Shown here in pieces: positions 26,223 to 32,000 of a stretch of 32,000 bases of DNA. The stretch is taken from positions 1 through 32,000 of the IMG/VR virus record IMGVR_UViG_3300024262_000150. One strand, given 5' to 3'. The number at the start of each line of letters is the position of its first letter. The stretch's first letter is position 1. Made by a program: the position numbers and the translations under genes. Below the pieces are notes generated by a model. The model saw nothing but the letters and a program-made list of their open reading frames with translations, was not told where the DNA came from and searched no databases. Origin of the DNA: a virus. Taxonomy: Duplodnaviria; Caudoviricetes.

Positions 26223-26407
26223 TCCTTTTGAGATTTAATTCTCTGAATATAAACGGCCTTTTTCTTTTCTTCTCTTTTAATTACAGATTTTTTTGTGAAC
26301 TCTTTTCGATCAAAAAGAATTGCATTTTGTTTTGTTCTAATAAGTTTACCTTTTAGAACCTTGATGGCCTTTTCTATATTACCTTTTTTTACTTCTACTA
26401 ATAGCAT
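26219..26407 (-). CDS. rpsU: Ribosomal protein bS21
   Basis: 62-aa basic protein MLLVEVKKGNIEKAIKVLKGK...RKEFTKKSVIKR..KKKAVY matches the bS21 pattern; minus-strand TATTTAT at 26427-26433. Confidence 0.85.
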   Translation of the reverse strand: MLLVEVKKGNIEKAIKVLKGKLIRTKQNAILFDRKEFTKKSVIKREEKKKAVYIQRIKSQKD

Positions 26408-26487
26408 TATTTTTTGAGTTGTTGATATAAATATAATAATTCGTTACAATTATATAAAAATAAACAGTTCAGAGATGAAAAATTTTT

Positions 26488-26955
26488 ATGAAAAAAGGAA
26501 AAACGGTAAAATTGAACGGGTACAGATCGTTCAAATCCCAATTTGGTACAATTGATGCCACAAATTTAAAATCAATATTTTTAAATATTCAAACTTGGGT
26601 AGAGCCAAAAGAAGAGGTTGAAAATTGGAATAGAGTCATATTGAATATGACAAGAAATGTAAAACACTCAGTCTTAGAAAATATAAACAAACAAACTTTT
26701 GATACAAAGTTTATTGTTGACTTAGACTTAAGAACAAGTGGTATACAATTAAAAAAGAAATCTTTTATGAATTTAGAAATAAATTTATTTTTAATAGAAC
26801 CATTAGATTTCAAATCCCCAAAATTAAAAAAACAAGTTAAGAATCTTATTAAGTCTGTGTATGGTGATGTTTTAAGTAAAAACAAATATTTTAAGTTTTA
26901 CTTGACAAAAATTGGAAATCAAAAACCTGTTAAAAAAGAAACTGAAACTATTTAG
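26488..26955 (+). CDS. Hypothetical protein
   Basis: 155-aa basic ORF divergent from bS21. Confidence 0.8.
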   Translation: MKKGKTVKLNGYRSFKSQFGTIDATNLKSIFLNIQTWVEPKEEVENWNRVILNMTRNVKHSVLENINKQTFDTKFIVDLDLRTSGIQLKKKSFMNLEINLFLIEPLDFKSPKLKKQVKNLIKSVYGDVLSKNKYFKFYLTKIGNQKPVKKETETI

Positions 26956-26977
26956 TATTTATATATAAAGATATTAG

Positions 26978-27706
26978 ATGGACGAACTAAAAATATTAGG
27001 ACCAAGAGATTCTGGCCGTGGGATTCTTGTTGAGTACGATGCAGGGTATATAGACCCAAATGAAAGAAGAAATTTATCTATGATTAGAGAAAATCGAGAT
27101 ATGTTGGACCATTCAAAACCATTTGAATTTTATGCCGTATTACAGAAATATAATACTCCTAACAGAAACGGAAGAATTTATCCTGAAAAGATTCTTAAAA
27201 GAGAATCTGAGAATTATAAAAAACTAATACAAAAAGGAACCGCTCTTTCTGAGTTAAACCACCCTGAATCATCTCTAATAGATTTAGATAGAGTATCTCA
27301 CGCTATCACCGATATATGGTGGGAAGGCCCTATATTATTAGGTAAATTAAAATTACTTACAAGTCCTGGTTTTCACGAAAGAGGTATTGTATCAACAAAA
27401 GGAGATTTGGCGGCAAACTATTTAAGACAAGGTGTGACATTGGGTATATCTTCTCGTGGTGTGGGATCACTTAAAAAAGTTGGGGAACAAAACGAAGTAC
27501 AAGATGATTTTGAATTAATTTGTTTTGACTTAGTATCATCTCCGTCAACGCCAGGAGCGTATCTTTTTAGAGAACCAAACGAAAGATTGGATTTTGAGGA
27601 TAATCTTGATGAGGAGAAAAAAATGAATGCTGATAGACATATTGGAGAAACTGGATCAAAATCGCTTGACTTAATGAATAGATTATCCGATTATTTAGAT
27701 AAATAA
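26978..27706 (+). CDS. Prohead protease (T4 gp21-like)
   Basis: NRNGRIYP, ELNHP, GISSRGVGS and FDLVSSPSTPGAY. Confidence 0.93.
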   Translation: MDELKILGPRDSGRGILVEYDAGYIDPNERRNLSMIRENRDMLDHSKPFEFYAVLQKYNTPNRNGRIYPEKILKRESENYKKLIQKGTALSELNHPESSLIDLDRVSHAITDIWWEGPILLGKLKLLTSPGFHERGIVSTKGDLAANYLRQGVTLGISSRGVGSLKKVGEQNEVQDDFELICFDLVSSPSTPGAYLFREPNERLDFEDNLDEEKKMNADRHIGETGSKSLDLMNRLSDYLDK

Positions 27707-27713
27707 AAAAATT

Positions 27714-27926
27714 ATGGAAGAAAAGTATTTTATCGCAAAAATCACAACTGACATGCCTGATGAGAATACAGGTAAAGTTAAAAAAATTAGAGAAGAAAAA
27801 CTTGTAAAAGGTTATTCACCGACTGATGTAGAGGCAAAAGTCACAAAAGTTTATGAAAATTATTCTATGGATTGGAGGATCACTTCAATCGTCGAATCAA
27901 AAATTGATGAAGTTATAGAAAATTAA
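27714..27926 (+). CDS. Hypothetical protein
   Basis: 70-aa ORF directly after the protease gene. Confidence 0.75.
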   Translation: MEEKYFIAKITTDMPDENTGKVKKIREEKLVKGYSPTDVEAKVTKVYENYSMDWRITSIVESKIDEVIEN

Positions 27927-27945
27927 AACTCAAAAAATTAAATAG

Positions 27946-27985
27946 AAAGGGAAGGGAACAAAAAGTTCTTTTCCCTTTTTTTTTT
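27946..27985 (+). terminator. Intrinsic terminator
   Basis: AAAGGGAAGGGAAC/GTTCTTTTCCCTTT followed by a T-tract. Confidence 0.75.
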
Positions 27986-28054
27986 GATAAAAGTATCGTT
28001 ATATGAATTTTTTTTAAAAAAGTGAATATTTATTAGAAAACTATTAGAAAAAAT

Positions 28055-29812
28055 ATGAGTTATAACAAAAATGTAGTGGAAGACGCTCTTTTCCAAATCA
28101 AAAATTTGGAGGATACACTTCAAGAAAACGCAAAAGGAATACTTCAGTCAACGATGAGTGAAGAAATCAAACAATTAGTAAAAGAATCTCTTAGAGAACA
28201 AGATGAAGATGAGATTGAACCCTTAACACCAGACGCTGAAGAAACAGATATGGAAGACGACGAAATGGAAATGGACGACGACGACGAAATGGAAGATGAT
28301 GAATTCGACATGGACGACGATGAAATGGATATGGATGACGATGAAATGGATGACGAGGACGATGAAATGGATGATGAAACCATTGACATGACAGACGCAT
28401 CTGATTCTGAAGTTCTTAGAGTTTTTAAAGCAATGGGCGACGAAGATGGAATTATCGTAAAAAAAGAAGGTGGAAACATTCACCTTAAAGATGGCGAAGA
28501 CGAGTACATGATAAATTTAGGTGAATCTGAACTTGGTATTGAAACAAATGACCCATCCTATGATGGATTAGCAGAATATGGAGACATGTTTGGAGATGCT
28601 GATGATAAAATGGAAGGAGCTATCTATGAAATTGAAATGGATGATGAGGACGATGATTTCTCATTAGAAGACGAGTATGAAATTGAAGTGGATGATGAGG
28701 ACGACGATGATTTTTCAATGGAAGACGACGAAATGGAATTTAAAACTCCTGTAAGAGATGCAATCAGATCTCACAAAGGTAAATTCAAAACATCCATGAG
28801 AGATAGATTAAGATCTGGTATGGATGATAACATGGGAGATAGTTTCAGATCTCGTAGACAAAGAGAGTATGAAGATGACATGAACGAAGATATTGATCCT
28901 GAAGTGGAAGAAATGTATGGCGGAAACAAACATGATTTTAAAAGAAGTAATGGTCACAAAATGGGTGATGTTGACGGACATTACAAAGACTATGAAATGG
29001 AAGAAATGCATGATGGAAACGAACATAACTATGAAATGGAAGAAGACATGGAATCAAATTCAGTGGATTTAGACACAGTAATGGAAGCTATCAAAAAAAC
29101 ACTTAAAGCAAAAGGAGTCGGAATTGGTAAAGGACCTAAATTCGCATACGACAAAAAACCTAATATGGGCGGCGGATTTGATCAAAAAAGAAAAGAAGCT
29201 TTCGGTAAAGGTACAAAAGCGATGGGAACAGGAAAAGCCAAGTTTGAATATAAACAAGGTGAAAACATGGAAAAAGGATCTATGAAAAAAGTTGAGACCA
29301 AAGAAGCGTCAAGAACTTATGGTAATGGATCTAAAGATGGTAGTCGTGGCTTGAGAAAAGCGAGAACAAACAACAGAAATTTCGAATATAATCCATTCAA
29401 AATTTCCGAAAGTACAAACCAAGAAGTTCAATTGTTAAGAGAGAAAAATGAAGAATACAAAAAAGCTCTTGATATTTTTAGAACTAAATTGAATGAGGTT
29501 GCTGTTTTCAATTCAAATCTAGCTTACGCAACACGATTGTTCACCGAACACTCAACAACAAAACAAGAAAAAATAAATGTTCTTAGAAGATTTGATAATG
29601 TTGAATCTTTGAAAGAATCAAAAAGTCTGTACAGATCCATAAAATCTGAATTAAATTCAGGTGGTTCTTCATCAGAACAAAAAATAACCGAATCAATTGA
29701 AAGAACTGTTAATAGATCTGTTGAGTCAGGTTCCGCAGCTAATTTGATTGAATCAAAAACTTACGAAAATCCTCAATTCTTAAGAATGAAAGATTTAATG
29801 AGTAAATTATAA
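28055..29812 (+). CDS. Prohead scaffold/core protein (inferred)
   Basis: Very acidic, low-complexity protein with a coiled-coil C-terminus, lying between the protease and capsid genes. Confidence 0.75.
   Translation: MSYNKNVVEDALFQIKNLEDTLQENAKGILQSTMSEEIKQLVKESLREQDEDEIEPLTPDAEETDMEDDEMEMDDDDEMEDDEFDMDDDEMDMDDDEMDDEDDEMDDETIDMTDASDSEVLRVFKAMGDEDGIIVKKEGGNIHLKDGEDEYMINLGESELGIETNDPSYDGLAEYGDMFGDADDKMEGAIYEIEMDDEDDDFSLEDEYEIEVDDEDDDDFSMEDDEMEFKTPVRDAIRSHKGKFKTSMRDRLRSGMDDNMGDSFRSRRQREYEDDMNEDIDPEVEEMYGGNKHDFKRSNGHKMGDVDGHYKDYEMEEMHDGNEHNYEMEEDMESNSVDLDTVMEAIKKTLKAKGVGIGKGPKFAYDKKPNMGGGFDQKRKEAFGKGTKAMGTGKAKFEYKQGENMEKGSMKKVETKEASRTYGNGSKDGSRGLRKARTNNRNFEYNPFKISESTNQEVQLLREKNEEYKKALDIFRTKLNEVAVFNSNLAYATRLFTEHSTTKQEKINVLRRFDNVESLKESKSLYRSIKSELNSGGSSSEQKITESIERTVNRSVESGSAANLIESKTYENPQFLRMKDLMSKL
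28246..28392 (+). repeat. Degenerate Asp/Glu/Met coding repeat (DDDEM)n
   Basis: Reiterated GAY-GAY-GAA-ATG units. Confidence 0.8.
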
Positions 29813-29849
29813 ATAAAAATAAACTAAAAAAAAATAAAAAACCAAAAAA

Positions 29850-31763
29850 ATGGGAGCATTATTAGAATCAGGTCTTGTTGGTAATATTGGGTTAAAACAC
29901 CTTAAAGTTATCAAAGAAGACACAATTAACAAATGGGACAAGTTAGGCTTTTTAGAAGGTCTAAAAGGTCACTTAAAAGAAAATGTGGCACAATTATATG
30001 AAAATCAAGCGTCACATCTTATAAACGAAGCAACTTCTGACGGATCTTCTAACGGAGCATTCGAAACTGTTGTTTTCCCTATCGTGAGAAGAGTATTCTC
30101 TAAATTGTTGGCTAACGACATCGTATCTGTACAAGCAATGAACTTACCTATCGGTAAATTGTTCTTCTTTGTACCTCGTATCCAAGGATACCAAAACGCA
30201 TCATCTTATGACGCTAATGGTTTCCCTCAAACAGGAGTAGCAGGTTCAGGTGGAGAACACCAAGCACCTTTAGGAGCACCTAATGGACCAACTGACACAA
30301 ACGCTGGATACCCAGGAGGTACCGCACCTAACTTTCCTTACACAAAAAATCTTTACGATTTATTCTACGAAGGAAATGAGGCTGGTTTAGATCCTCCAGG
30401 ATTGTTTGATTACTCTAAAGGTAAATGGACTGCAGTTACCGCTAACACAACTGTACAAATATGGACTGGTAGTAGCTTAATTGACGCAGCTTTAACGGCT
30501 TATTCAGGAAACACAAGAAAAGTTATTATGAAACTTTGTGGATTCAACAACTCAGGAGCTGGAAAACTTATCGGACCAGACGGTAACGAAATGGATACCG
30601 AATCTTTCCTTTCTGACTTAAGAATCTACGGAACTTCAGCTATTTCTGCGGATACAACACCATGTAATGTATTAACTGCAACTACAGGGGGTTTAACAGT
30701 TTATGTTCCTTTATTATTTAGAGTTGTAACTCAAATATATGGTAAAGGTATCGTTGCTTACGGATCAAACGCAAACACAGTATTTAACAACAATGGTACA
30801 TACCCTAACGACCCAACTAACGGTGGTAACGGTGGTAACTATAACGATATCTGTGATAATAACGGATGTATTTACTTAGAGGTAGATTTATCTTGTCCTG
30901 TATGTGCTGATTGTGATGCAACATCACTTGACGGATACACAGGTACTACAATCCACACAGGTACTTCTACTTCATTCTTAGCTTGGTATAGAAGATATGC
31001 TAACCTTGAGTTCGAAGATCAAATTGGTGAGGTTTCTTTTGACCTTGAGTCAGTAACAGTATCTGTTACAGAAAGAAAACTAAGAGCACAATGGTCTCCT
31101 GAATTAGCTCAAGATGTTGCGGCATTCCATAACATTGACGCTGAAGCTGAGTTAACTGCATTGTTATCTGAGCAAGTAGCAGCTGAGATCGATCGTGAGA
31201 TCCTTCGTGACTTGAGAAAAGGAGCGGCTTGGCAATTACGATGGGATTACAACGGATGGAGAAGAATTTCTCAAACAACATCTTACACTCAGAAAGATTG
31301 GAACCAAACTTTGATTACAGCAATCAATCAATTGTCGGCACAAATCCACAAGTCAACTCTTCGTGGTGGTGCTAACTGGATCGTTGTTTCATCTGAGGTT
31401 TCTGCAATCTTTGACGATTTAGAATACTTCCATGTATCTAACGCGGCTCCTGACCAAGATCAGTACAATATGGGTATTGAAAGAGTTGGTACATTATCAG
31501 GTAGATACCAAGTTTATCGTGATCCTTACTTCCCAGCAAACCAAGTTTTGATTGGACACAAAGGAACATCATTGTTAGACACAGGTTACATCTACGCACC
31601 GTATGTACCTCTACAATTAACACCTACAATGTACAATCCGTTCAACTTTACTCCGATCAAAGGAATAATGACGAGATACGCAAAAAAGATGGTAAATAAC
31701 CGGTTTTACGGAAGAATTACTGTGGATGGTGTTAGAACATTCGATTTAAGAGAATTGAGATAA
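29850..31763 (+). CDS. Major capsid protein (T4 gp23-like)
   Basis: VSVQAMNLPIGKLFF, RKLRAQWSPELAQD..AFH.IDAEAEL, YIYAPYVPL and GIMTRY. Confidence 0.96.
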   Translation: MGALLESGLVGNIGLKHLKVIKEDTINKWDKLGFLEGLKGHLKENVAQLYENQASHLINEATSDGSSNGAFETVVFPIVRRVFSKLLANDIVSVQAMNLPIGKLFFFVPRIQGYQNASSYDANGFPQTGVAGSGGEHQAPLGAPNGPTDTNAGYPGGTAPNFPYTKNLYDLFYEGNEAGLDPPGLFDYSKGKWTAVTANTTVQIWTGSSLIDAALTAYSGNTRKVIMKLCGFNNSGAGKLIGPDGNEMDTESFLSDLRIYGTSAISADTTPCNVLTATTGGLTVYVPLLFRVVTQIYGKGIVAYGSNANTVFNNNGTYPNDPTNGGNGGNYNDICDNNGCIYLEVDLSCPVCADCDATSLDGYTGTTIHTGTSTSFLAWYRRYANLEFEDQIGEVSFDLESVTVSVTERKLRAQWSPELAQDVAAFHNIDAEAELTALLSEQVAAEIDREILRDLRKGAAWQLRWDYNGWRRISQTTSYTQKDWNQTLITAINQLSAQIHKSTLRGGANWIVVSSEVSAIFDDLEYFHVSNAAPDQDQYNMGIERVGTLSGRYQVYRDPYFPANQVLIGHKGTSLLDTGYIYAPYVPLQLTPTMYNPFNFTPIKGIMTRYAKKMVNNRFYGRITVDGVRTFDLRELR

Positions 31764-31786
31764 TCAAAATCTTAAAGAATAACACT

Positions 31787-31815
31787 AAAAGGGACAAGAA
31801 ATTGTCCCTTTTTTT
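31787..31815 (+). terminator. Intrinsic terminator after the capsid gene
   Basis: AAAAGGGACAA-GAAA-TTGTCCCTTTT followed by further T. Confidence 0.9.
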
Positions 31816-31868
31816 ATGTGTCCACATTAACTATATGTTTTTTGGTCAAATAACTTATATTTATGTAT

Positions 31869-32000
31869 ATGATAAAAATAGAATTAACAGAATTGCAAGT
31901 TAAGGAAATAATAAAGTTATACACTGAAGACTTATTAGGTTCCCCCACTATTAGCGAAAAATTAAAAATACATAAAACAATTATCTTAAATACATTAAGA
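31869..32000 (+). CDS. Partial ORF with an HTH-like N-terminus (possibly a homing endonuclease)
   Basis: MIKIELTELQVKEIIKLYTEDLLGSPTISEKLKIHKTIILNTLR runs off the window end; TATTTAT at 31858. Confidence 0.55.
   Translation, partial: MIKIELTELQVKEIIKLYTEDLLGSPTISEKLKIHKTIILNTLR

Noticed and set aside
28144-29257. Minus-strand ORFs over the scaffold gene, and similar shadow ORFs over clpC, dnaK, terminase, portal and capsid genes
   Set aside because: They are antisense or alternative-frame by-products of biased codon usage in real genes.
1-32000. Stop-codon reassignment
   Set aside because: Conserved genes are full length in the standard code, TAG and TGA end genes at sensible positions, and no suppressor tRNA is present.

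Overview
AT-rich segment of a large tailed dsDNA (jumbo) phage with a T4-like head module; the host is most likely a Bacteroidota, judging by recurring TAnnTTTG promoters, a Bacteroidota-type bS21 and a Gly-start tmRNA tag. It uses the standard genetic code. In order: (1) a tRNA/ncRNA cluster at 0.7-4 kb with tRNA-His, -Glu and -Asp, defective Trp and CAT tRNAs, two strongly non-canonical tRNA-like RNAs, several unexplained structured spacers, and two free-standing endonuclease genes; (2) membrane and lysis genes; (3) a ~850-nt highly structured ncRNA (GOLLD-like) with an rRNA-operon-like leader, converging on a tmRNA with an atypical tag; (4) a proteostasis block (zinc peptidase, ClpC lacking the N-domain, DnaK), followed by a KTSC protein and a nucleotidyltransferase; (5) head morphogenesis genes (terminase, portal, prohead protease, scaffold, major capsid protein) with an antisense ribosomal protein bS21 gene inside. 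All calls come from reading motifs and base pairing by eye; no database searches or folding programs were run.
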